Source: Candidatus Cloacimonadales bacterium
GTDB lineage: Bacteria; Cloacimonadota; Cloacimonadia; Cloacimonadales; JAFGVF01
Length of the DNA: 64,000 nt
Assembly (NCBI GenBank): GCA_963677495.2
Contig: CAXXOU010000001.1
Coordinates: forward strand, 416,001 to 480,000
Direction of reading: 5' to 3'
Each line of letters begins with the position of its first letter. The first letter of the stretch is position 1. Made by a program: the position numbers and the translations under genes. Below, piece after piece: positions 38,443-46,961 of this stretch. The notes beneath the pieces were generated by a model. That model did no database searches and was not told where the DNA came from. It saw nothing but the letters and a program-made list of their open reading frames with translations.

Positions 38443-40742
38443 AAAAACTCAGTCTTTTTGTTGTCATATTGTTAGCATTATCAATATGCTGGGCACAAAA
38501 TTCAGCATCTGCAACTTACTCATCAGGAGATGTACAATTGGTATATCACTGGGAAAATCCTACTCCTCCGTCTCCTTCCCAAACACCGTTGTCGTTAAAT
38601 GTTTCAGTTCCATTGGGTGCAAGAATAACATCGGTTGATGTCTCTTATGATATTAGAACTGATGTCCCAAATGGGGCGCAAAATACTCTTTCATATCTTG
38701 AATGTACAAGCGATGGGGGAACATATGAAACTTCAATGTCATCATCGAATAATGCATATTCTCCTGTTACTGTTCATTTTTCAAGAACAGGACTCAATAT
38801 CGCAAACAATGTAATAGGTGGTGGCGATATTTCATTTACTCTTCATCCCTTTGATGAACAAGGTGGCTGGTGTATTAGTTATGTTGCTAACAATAGTTTT
38901 ACAGTAACTGTTCATTATTCAGATTTGTTCGATTTAGGTGAATTTGTAGGCCAAGCTAATGGAGTTGGTGAAGTAATACTCAATTGGCAAAATAATAATA
39001 ATCCTGCAAACACTCTGATTGTTACAAATTCTGTTGAAGAATTTGTTGATCCGGTAGATGGTGTTGCATATTCCGTTGGTGACAACATCGGCACTGCAAC
39101 TGTATTATACTACGGAACAGATAATCAGTTTATTCATACCGGAGTTCAAGATATGACTAATTATTATTATAAAGCTTGGGCAACTAACAGCACATTAGAT
39201 TACACAACCGGAATTAGTAGAAAAGTTACAACAGCAGGGAATACTGTCTTCCCGATAATTGAGGATTTTGAGTCCGGGATACCGGCAACTTGGTCTAATA
39301 CAGGAATGGGACCGATACCGAGTTTTAATGCTATATGGAGCATATCTCAAAGTTATAGCGGTGTTACTCCCCAGAGTGGATCATCAATGTGTATGTTGGC
39401 TAAGCTATTATCTTCATTCTCAGCTCAAGCTGAGTTAGCTACAAATGCTTTATATTTCCCTGATAGGAAATACTCCCTTTCATTGTGGGTTTACAGGAAT
39501 AGCATTAATTATATGTACGATAAGTTAGAAATCTATGTGAATAGCACAGAATCTACTGAAGGAGCAGTACTAATAGATACAATCTGTCCACACTTTGCAT
39601 ATTCACCTTCGGAAGCAACAACCGGATGGTACAATTATACTTATGATTTATCTGAGTTTGGTGTTGGTTCAGGCAGTGTTAATCATATTATATTCTCAGG
39701 TACTATTGGTACTAGAGCTAACGGTGCAATACTAATTGATCATATGAAGATAGAACATCAACCTGACTTCCCTGAAAATGCCAGTACAGAATTTAACGGT
39801 GTGGAGCTTGAACCTACAGTAAATCTTTATCTTGATGACTCTATCGATGAGTCACATCCTCTGATTACAAGTTTACCTAATTATGACAATACAGGTGAAA
39901 GAAGGGTTATTGGTTTAACTGGATTTGATAATAATGTGGATATTCAAGCTATTGCACCAGCAGGGAATTGGTATGGAAATATATATCATAACGGGATATG
40001 GCATCCGGCTTCCCCATCTTTTATCTCTGAAGATGATGTTGACAGAGTTTTCACTTTCACAGGTATTGATTTTGCTGCAAAAGATGGTGAAGTAATCATT
40101 CTCCTAAATAATGGAGAATCAGCCACACTCCCTGTTACACTTTCCTCATTTAATGCTGTCATTACTTCTGAGAATTATGCTCAATTGAATTGGTCTACAG
40201 CTTCTGAATCAGATCTTATTGGTTACAATGTCTTAAGGGCTACATCTGATGAACCAAGTTTAGCTAATATTGTTAATCAAAGTATAATAATAGCTACTAA
40301 TTCACCAACAGGTGCTGACTATAGCTTTATAGATAGTGAAGTTCAAGAAGAAACTTACTATTACTGGCTTGAAAGTTATGAGATTAGTGGTGAGACTAAT
40401 CTTTATGGCCCTGTTACACTTACAATAGATATTGATGATGAGGATGATGGGAATGCAAATGAAGTCTTGAAAACAACGACTCTTCAATCTGCCTATCCTA
40501 ATCCATTTAATCCTGAAACTACTATCAAGTTCAGTGTAAGAGACAATGAACAAGCTACTTTAACTATCTTCAACTTGAAAGGCCAAGTGATGAAAACATA
40601 TGATACTTATCAAGCAGGAGATCACTCAGTTGTCTGGGATGGTAAGAACAACAGTAATCAAGAAGTACCATCTGGACTATATTTCTATCGATTGAAATCA
40701 CCAAGTTATAACAAAACCAATAAAATGGTATTAATGAAATAA
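38439..40742 (+). CDS. Secreted protein with FN3/MAM-like modules, LPVTLSSF linker and T9SS-type C-terminal domain
   Basis: Signal peptide; EDFESGIPATW; LPVTLSSF; AYPNPFNPETT...NKMVLMK. Confidence 0.85.
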   Translation: MKKLSLFVVILLALSICWAQNSASATYSSGDVQLVYHWENPTPPSPSQTPLSLNVSVPLGARITSVDVSYDIRTDVPNGAQNTLSYLECTSDGGTYETSMSSSNNAYSPVTVHFSRTGLNIANNVIGGGDISFTLHPFDEQGGWCISYVANNSFTVTVHYSDLFDLGEFVGQANGVGEVILNWQNNNNPANTLIVTNSVEEFVDPVDGVAYSVGDNIGTATVLYYGTDNQFIHTGVQDMTNYYYKAWATNSTLDYTTGISRKVTTAGNTVFPIIEDFESGIPATWSNTGMGPIPSFNAIWSISQSYSGVTPQSGSSMCMLAKLLSSFSAQAELATNALYFPDRKYSLSLWVYRNSINYMYDKLEIYVNSTESTEGAVLIDTICPHFAYSPSEATTGWYNYTYDLSEFGVGSGSVNHIIFSGTIGTRANGAILIDHMKIEHQPDFPENASTEFNGVELEPTVNLYLDDSIDESHPLITSLPNYDNTGERRVIGLTGFDNNVDIQAIAPAGNWYGNIYHNGIWHPASPSFISEDDVDRVFTFTGIDFAAKDGEVIILLNNGESATLPVTLSSFNAVITSENYAQLNWSTASESDLIGYNVLRATSDEPSLANIVNQSIIIATNSPTGADYSFIDSEVQEETYYYWLESYEISGETNLYGPVTLTIDIDDEDDGNANEVLKTTTLQSAYPNPFNPETTIKFSVRDNEQATLTIFNLKGQVMKTYDTYQAGDHSVVWDGKNNSNQEVPSGLYFYRLKSPSYNKTNKMVLMK

Positions 40743-40761
40743 TTTTTTACCCTCTAATATC

Positions 40762-40793
40762 AAAAGCGGAGATCGAAAAGTCTCCGCTTTTTT
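40762..40793 (+). terminator. Rho-independent terminator
   Basis: AAAAGCGGAGA...TCTCCGCTTTTTT. Confidence 0.8.
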
Positions 40794-40860
40794 GCAACCT
40801 TTACATCTTTTCTCGTGTATGTAATTATGAAAGCGTTTTCGTATTAACACTTATGGAGGA

Positions 40861-41976
40861 ATGATGAAACATCTTCTGATTATATTTTTACTGTGTGTAA
40901 TAGGCGTGTTATCTGCCTTGCAACCGATACCACCACTTGCTAAGGTTCACTATGAAACTGAATGGTATGAGCAGAGGGCTAAAGAGTGGCAGAAAGAGAC
41001 AAAGAAGAGTCCTGATAATGCGGAAGCGTGGATTAACTATTACAGAGCTACCAGATATGCTATCAAGTATAAAAAACAGCTTAAAGGTGACCCACTTCTC
41101 GACATCATTAATCAGATGGAGAAGCATATCCCTGAAACTTTCGAATACTACTATGCCAGATATGAGCATAAGAACAGTGTGGAAGATGCTAAGTACCTAT
41201 GGAAAGCTCTTAAACTTAGACCTGATACAGCAGAACTTCTTTATGATGCTATTGCTACTTATGCTAAAAAGGGACAGACAAAGAAGTTCAGTGATGCTTG
41301 CATCAAGCTTTATTACTCAAAAGACATATTCAACTCGCTTCTCAACTTCAACTATAACATGTTAGTCTCTGTTGAGCAAGATGGTATTCTCCTGACTCAT
41401 GGAGATAACGATACTTATCCGGCTTGGGTACTTCAAGAAGCAAAAGATATCAGGAAAGATGTAACTATTTTGAACATCTCTCTCTGCTATAGCCCGGATT
41501 ACTTGAATTATTGGATGAAGAGACTGGGGGCTCCAAAGCTTGAACAGTATCGGGTTGTTAGTGACCTGGTAAAACACTTAAACAAGCATCTCCCCAAACG
41601 CAACATATACATTGCATCAACAATGGGTGAAGCTAAGATCAAGGATATTAGTGATAAATTCTATAATATAGGGATTGTAAGTCAATATTCAGATACCCGA
41701 TTTGATAACATTGCCCTTCTGAAACTGAACTTAGAAGAGAACTACAGAATGGATTATCTTGATAACAACTGGTATACAGAGAATCACATCTCCGATGCAA
41801 CAGTAAAAAGAGCTATTAATATAAACTACATTCCGGCAATAATTATGCTGAGTGATCATTACAAGCTTAGCAAAGATGAGCATAAAGCACAGAACTGGTT
41901 GAATCTTGCTAAGAACATAGCTGAGAATTCCGGTAACAAGCAAATAATAGAGTATTTGCAAAGAAGGGATAAGTAA
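40861..41976 (+). CDS. Exported helical (TPR-like) hypothetical protein
   Basis: Signal peptide; ILLTHGDNDTYPAW motif; first gene of the ECF operon. Confidence 0.75.
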   Translation: MMKHLLIIFLLCVIGVLSALQPIPPLAKVHYETEWYEQRAKEWQKETKKSPDNAEAWINYYRATRYAIKYKKQLKGDPLLDIINQMEKHIPETFEYYYARYEHKNSVEDAKYLWKALKLRPDTAELLYDAIATYAKKGQTKKFSDACIKLYYSKDIFNSLLNFNYNMLVSVEQDGILLTHGDNDTYPAWVLQEAKDIRKDVTILNISLCYSPDYLNYWMKRLGAPKLEQYRVVSDLVKHLNKHLPKRNIYIASTMGEAKIKDISDKFYNIGIVSQYSDTRFDNIALLKLNLEENYRMDYLDNNWYTENHISDATVKRAININYIPAIIMLSDHYKLSKDEHKAQNWLNLAKNIAENSGNKQIIEYLQRRDK

Positions 41977-41982
41977 CAGCGA

Positions 41983-42531
41983 ATGTTCAACTCCCGAAGT
42001 GATGAAAGACTCATGCAGAAAGTCGCTTCTAGAAACGAAGCAGCCTTCAAGAAACTCTACTATCGCTACTCTGACAGATGGTTTAACTTCTTCAAAAGCA
42101 GTATGTTTGGTAATAGTGAGACTGCAAACGACCTTCTTCAAGAGCTCTGCATCAGAATTGTAACAAAAGCTTCTTCGTTTGACCATACCCGTAACTTCCG
42201 GGTGTGGTCATTCTCCATAGCCAGAAACATAGTTAAGAATGAGATTCGAAAGAACAGTAGCTATTCAAAACTTCAAGAGAAGTATAAACGTTTAGCTCCC
42301 GCTCAAATCACCGAGGTACCGCATGATATGACCAACATTAAATCAATAATCAATACTCTTAACCAAGATGATAGAGAGCTATTCTATCTGCGTTTTGGTG
42401 AAGAGTTAAAGCTTAAAGAGATTGCCGAGATACAAGCCCAACCTTTGGGAACAGTTAAATCAAGAATGAGTAGAATGATGAAGAAGCTAGCAGATAAGCT
42501 AAACTCCAATGGAGGTAGATATGAAGTGTAA
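41983..42531 (+). CDS. ECF RNA polymerase sigma factor
   Basis: SDE.LM..VA...AF..LY.RY, DLLQE, W.FSIARN, EIAEI...LGTVKSRMSR. Confidence 0.93.
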   Translation: MFNSRSDERLMQKVASRNEAAFKKLYYRYSDRWFNFFKSSMFGNSETANDLLQELCIRIVTKASSFDHTRNFRVWSFSIARNIVKNEIRKNSSYSKLQEKYKRLAPAQITEVPHDMTNIKSIINTLNQDDRELFYLRFGEELKLKEIAEIQAQPLGTVKSRMSRMMKKLADKLNSNGGRYEV

Positions 42532-43012
42532 GAAAGTATTAAAGAGACTACATAATGGAGATTCTCAAGATAAGAGAGTCTTAAAGCATCTTGAAAACTG
42601 TGATGAATGCAAAGCAATGGCAGATTTACTAGACTTAGCCAAAGCAAGCATGAAAGAGTCAGCCCATGATAAAGACAACAGGTCACTTCAGATGGCATTG
42701 GCAACTATGCGAGAAATGGAGAATCCGACGCTCGTCGAGAGAGTCAAGGAACTCGTCCTCCACCCTATCCCGGCCTACCAAGTAGCTGTTGTGATGCTAC
42801 TCCTCTTCATAGGCACTTTTATCGGGACCAGAACAACCCACATCTCCCCCATCGCAAAAACATCATACACTAAACAACCTAATGCAGAGATTATAGTTCC
42901 AACCAACACTACATCTCAACTCTCCTCCTGGCAGCAATCAGGTCCTAATATAGGTGTTTCCAACCAAGAGGATAGCCTCCTTGTTTTGGTTAGAGAGATT
43001 GTGAATAAGTGA
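42521..43012 (+). CDS. Zinc-binding (ZAS) anti-sigma factor with one TM segment
   Basis: HLENCDEC (HxxxCxxC), one TM; start moved to ATG 42521 after GGAGGT. Confidence 0.82.
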   Translation: MKCKKVLKRLHNGDSQDKRVLKHLENCDECKAMADLLDLAKASMKESAHDKDNRSLQMALATMREMENPTLVERVKELVLHPIPAYQVAVVMLLLFIGTFIGTRTTHISPIAKTSYTKQPNAEIIVPTNTTSQLSSWQQSGPNIGVSNQEDSLLVLVREIVNK

Positions 43013-43022
43013 TTTTTGCATT

Positions 43023-43075
43023 ACCTCTCCACTTTGGGGAGAGGTCGACACCCTAAATGGGTGTCGGGTGAGGGG
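43023..43075. repeat. REP-like double hairpin
   Basis: ACCTCTCC..GGAGAGGT followed by CGACACCC..GGGTGTCG and GGTGAGGGG. Confidence 0.7.
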
Positions 43076-43133
43076 TATATAATAGATTATGCAATTATCT
43101 CCTTCAAAATGAGATTTAAGAGAAAACTACTTC

Positions 43134-45086
43134 TTAGATCTTCACGCGATTCTTCACATTTTCATCAAAAAGGCATAAGTCATCATTAATCTTGATTATT
43201 ACTAGAATCATAATTTTTAGAAATACTATGTAATGCATTAAATGTTCTTCCTCTGCTACTAATCCACTAGGTTGTGTTCCATGCGAATATTTATTTCTTA
43301 AATCTAATGAATTATTGAAAGTAGATTTGTTTAAATGATAGTTTAAATAATCTTGCTCTGGTTTCGAAAAAAGGCTTGATTCAAAAACTACAAGATCCTT
43401 GATTACAAGGTCTTCAACAATCTTTCTCAGCCTTTTGGGAAGTCTCCAATAACTAATACACTGCATGTAGTATAATTCTTTGAGAATCCAAACACTATCA
43501 TTATTAACCCAAGCAATACAATCATCAACAATTTTTACAATATTGTTTTTTCTTAAGTACTCAAGATTAGGCTGCTCATATTCAGGATAATCACTTAACA
43601 AGATTTTATTATTGTTAATCAACTCATAGAAGTTATGATAACTAACGTCAATTCTATCAACATGTGCAAGCATGCATTGATCTGAGAATAGAAGAAATGA
43701 AATATCATTAATAAGCTGACCAGTGGCATAAACATATTTGTTTTCAAGTAAACTTTTACAATTTTTTAGAAGTAAGTGTTCTGAAGTTATCTGCAATAGG
43801 TTATGATCAATAGTTGTATCCTCAACAAACAAGTTATATTGTTTCAACACACTTTCTATCTCAGGTAATATTGCTCTACACTTTTCTAGATAAGTTGAAT
43901 TTTCTGATGGCATTGTTAGCCTAAAATCTTCAATATTGAATTCATCTAACAAGTATTTCTCAAAAAACCAACTCATTATATCTTCAAGGTGTATCTTCTC
44001 TTCGTTTAGTATGTCTCTATATGCTTTCAATTGTGTTGTAGAAGTCATATCTTTCATACGAAACACCATACCAAAGTTGTATGAGTTTTTTGCATTACCT
44101 GTTATCATCTTCTCCATTATTCCCATTTCATCAGGTAAACTTACGAGAGTTACCCTCATCTGAAGGTCAGTGTACTCAAATAGATAAATGAAATTGTTAA
44201 GAAGAGTGTTGAAATCAAGGTTTTCTTTTATCCATCTTATGTCATAAGTAAATGTTGTTGTATTTCCATCAATATTAATTGTTGCATATTCATCATGTTC
44301 ACAAAAGTACAGTTTACATCCAAATCTAGCTGAATTCTCTTTGCTAAAGATTTCTCGTTCAATCTCTTCTGTCCTTTTAATTGATAGATACTTAGTTTTA
44401 TCTGATAAAGTTATAGCATCTTTCTTGCTCATTATATTGTTGATTAATCTTAGTGTATTTAGGTTTGGCTTCTTAGAAGAAATATATCTTTTGATTAGTT
44501 CTTCTTTATCCATATTACTAAGTGATGCAGGTAAAAATATCTCAATTTTATTATCTGAGTGAGTTTCGAAATGTGTAACTAGAAGTTCTGCATTAGATTC
44601 TTCCTTCAATATAAAATCTCGAATTAAAGAATCATACTTACGTACAATATTCTTGCACCTCAAGATATATCTTATTGGTGGATTATTCTCTAACAATGCT
44701 ATCAGCCCATCTTCTCCAAGTCTATCGAGGGTTTTATACTTTTCTAAGATTACCCAAAAGTCTTCCTTATAGTAATAATCCAAAATAGCGTAACTTGAAG
44801 CTAGTTCTACAGAAGTTATAGTACTAAAGAATTTTCCAATCTTTCTCTTTAACAATATAACAGATGACTCCAAGAAAGTCTTTGTATCTTCATTCCATAC
44901 TTTCAAGAATACACGATTATCTATAAATCGTGAGATGTTATAAAATTCAATAACATCCACAATGGAGTAGTTATTATTTGCATCAAAAGATCTTACAACA
45001 TCTAATAATCTTTTCAGATAGGATCCACAAGATAAATCAGTAGCTGAATAAAACTTAACTCTTTCACGTCTATTTCTTTTGCCCAT
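43134..45086 (-). CDS. Hypothetical 650-aa protein with a C-terminal HEPN-like Rx4H motif
   Basis: LDLRNKYSHG near the C-terminus; visibly AT-richer than its neighbours; stand-alone gene. Confidence 0.7.
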   Translation of the reverse strand: MGKRNRRERVKFYSATDLSCGSYLKRLLDVVRSFDANNNYSIVDVIEFYNISRFIDNRVFLKVWNEDTKTFLESSVILLKRKIGKFFSTITSVELASSYAILDYYYKEDFWVILEKYKTLDRLGEDGLIALLENNPPIRYILRCKNIVRKYDSLIRDFILKEESNAELLVTHFETHSDNKIEIFLPASLSNMDKEELIKRYISSKKPNLNTLRLINNIMSKKDAITLSDKTKYLSIKRTEEIEREIFSKENSARFGCKLYFCEHDEYATINIDGNTTTFTYDIRWIKENLDFNTLLNNFIYLFEYTDLQMRVTLVSLPDEMGIMEKMITGNAKNSYNFGMVFRMKDMTSTTQLKAYRDILNEEKIHLEDIMSWFFEKYLLDEFNIEDFRLTMPSENSTYLEKCRAILPEIESVLKQYNLFVEDTTIDHNLLQITSEHLLLKNCKSLLENKYVYATGQLINDISFLLFSDQCMLAHVDRIDVSYHNFYELINNNKILLSDYPEYEQPNLEYLRKNNIVKIVDDCIAWVNNDSVWILKELYYMQCISYWRLPKRLRKIVEDLVIKDLVVFESSLFSKPEQDYLNYHLNKSTFNNSLDLRNKYSHGTQPSGLVAEEEHLMHYIVFLKIMILVIIKINDDLCLFDENVKNRVKI

Positions 45087-45179
45087 ATTTCTACCTCTAT
45101 TTTTTATATCAAGTTTAGGTTAATTCTTGTCAAACAATTAATTAATCCATAAAGCTTTAACTAATCAGGGAAAACAAGT

Positions 45180-45240
45180 AGCATACAGCATACAGCATAC
45201 AGCATACAGCCTATAGCTTATAGCTTATAGCTTATAGCTT
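45180..45240. repeat. Heptamer tandem repeat (AGCATAC)4-AGCCTAT-(AGCTTAT)3+
   Basis: Read directly from the sequence. Confidence 0.95.
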
Positions 45241-45272
45241 TTTCACTTCCCCCTCATTGCTCCCTTACAACT

Positions 45273-45367
45273 CTTGGCAGACACTTGGTAAACACTTGGC
45301 CATTTCTTGGCCAATCCTTGGCCTAATTGCTAAGAATTTGACAGGTTATTGCCAAGATTAGCACAAT
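45273..45367. repeat. 11-bp-phased palindromic array, CTTGG core
   Basis: CTTGG at 45273, 45284, 45295, 45306, 45317; degenerate CCAAG at 45330, 45341, 45352. Confidence 0.8.
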
Positions 45368-45595
45368 TTGATATCACTCATTTATGCGGAGAGAAGAGGG
45401 AGATGAGAGTGGATGGAGTCTGGTATAAGTAGATGATTCACTTCACAGAATCAAAAAGGTATAATATAGTTAAGTTATCTTAAAAGGAACTGTGTATGTC
45501 ATTTTAGACAGAGTGAGCGTAATGCAATAAGTTCACGAAGCCGAATCACCTATGTGTAGTTTTGAAACTAAATGATAGCACTATAAATCTAGAGG

Positions 45596-46636
45596 TTATT
45601 GTATAACATTTTTGAGTAGGTTTTCTATCGACTCACCTATTATCTCACCTGAATGAATATGATAACCTCCTGAAAGCACCATAAGTATTGGGATCTTGTT
45701 CTCAATAGCTTTCGTGAACACTATCTCATCCCTTTCGATGATACCTTCTTTTGAGACATTGAGTCGACCTAAAGGATCATGTTCATAAATGTCTGTTCCT
45801 GCATTATAGACAATCAGTTCGGGATTATGTTCATCAATAAGTTTATCTGTCCAGTCTCTAACAAGCTGCAGATATGGTTCCGTATCTGTCCTTTGTTCTA
45901 TAGGTACATCATGGCTAAGAAGCTCTTCGGCAGGTTTGTCATCGGGATAGTTCCGGGAATTGTAAATATCTAATATTGCCACACGATCATCATTTCCCAG
46001 TATCATAGAGAAACCGTTTCCCTGATGAGCATCCAGGTCAATGATAGCAACTCTTAAAGATTCGTTTTTTTGCCATATCTTCTTCAAAGCGATTGGGACA
46101 TCAGAATACACACAGAATCCTTCACCATTAGAGCTTTTGGCATGATGATACCCTCCGGATAAGTTTATCGCCCATCCCTTTTCAAGAGCTAATTGAGCCC
46201 CAAGAATAGTTCCTCCGGTAGCATATTTCATCGGTTTTAACATTCCATTCCTGAGTACAAAGTTCGGTAGCATTCTCAGAGGATGTATCTCTGCTATATG
46301 AGATATAGTTTTTGATGAGTTAAGACTTTCAAGATACTCAGGAGTATGCACTAGCAGTAACTCCTCATTAGTTACATAATGTGGCTTGATAAAATCCCTC
46401 TTATTAATACCGCAATTCTTAGTAAGATGCTTTGCAACCCGTTTATATTTCTTAGTATCGAAAGGATGAAAGTTCTCAATCCCAAGAATGGATATATTAT
46501 ATTCAGGTGAGTAAATAATTGGAAGCTTCTCTTCAATCTCAGTAGATTGCCTATTTATGCTGCAACCGGCTAAAGTTATAATTATTAGAGTAATAAATAA
46601 GCCGAATGTGTATCTTCTGTTTATCTGTTTATTCAT
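45596..46636 (-). CDS. Class IV (HDAC11-like) Zn-dependent deacylase with a lipoprotein signal
   Basis: PIIYSPEYNI..LG.E..HPFD, GWAINLSGGYHH, GFCVYSD, DLDAHQGNG, YNAGTD, SGGY; lipobox LAGC. Confidence 0.9.
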   Translation of the reverse strand: MNKQINRRYTFGLFITLIIITLAGCSINRQSTEIEEKLPIIYSPEYNISILGIENFHPFDTKKYKRVAKHLTKNCGINKRDFIKPHYVTNEELLLVHTPEYLESLNSSKTISHIAEIHPLRMLPNFVLRNGMLKPMKYATGGTILGAQLALEKGWAINLSGGYHHAKSSNGEGFCVYSDVPIALKKIWQKNESLRVAIIDLDAHQGNGFSMILGNDDRVAILDIYNSRNYPDDKPAEELLSHDVPIEQRTDTEPYLQLVRDWTDKLIDEHNPELIVYNAGTDIYEHDPLGRLNVSKEGIIERDEIVFTKAIENKIPILMVLSGGYHIHSGEIIGESIENLLKNVIQ

Positions 46637-46744
46637 AAGTCGATGCTATTTATTGTATGGTTTTCTTGCAAGATATAGTTTTTAATATTCAATTGATCAA
46701 CATTACAATGTATTCCGTTCAACCTTGATCGATGTGATAGATTG

Positions 46745-46845
46745 ACCCACACTAGGATCTCCTTAGCCTCTCCTATGAAGTGATAAAACTCTCCACATCG
46801 TGTACATAATTTATTTAACGGTACAAGGGATCCAATTTAAGGTTT
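46745..46845 (-). repeat. Diverged inverted copy of the 7.1-kb phased array with degenerate DnaA-box-like pair
   Basis: tccacatcgtgtacataatttatttaacggt matches the reverse complement of 7109-7139. Confidence 0.7.
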
Positions 46846-46908
46846 CGTTAGAAGAATCAATATAGGACGTATATGGCGTTATAATATTGGAAAAATTGGG
46901 ATAAGATT

Positions 46909-46935
46909 AAAGGAGCATTATCTTGATGCTCCTTT
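46909..46935 (-). terminator. Terminator hairpin
   Basis: AAAGGAGCAT...ATGCTCCTTT. Confidence 0.7.
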
Positions 46936-46961
46936 CTAGTTAATCTATATATGGGTTTATT

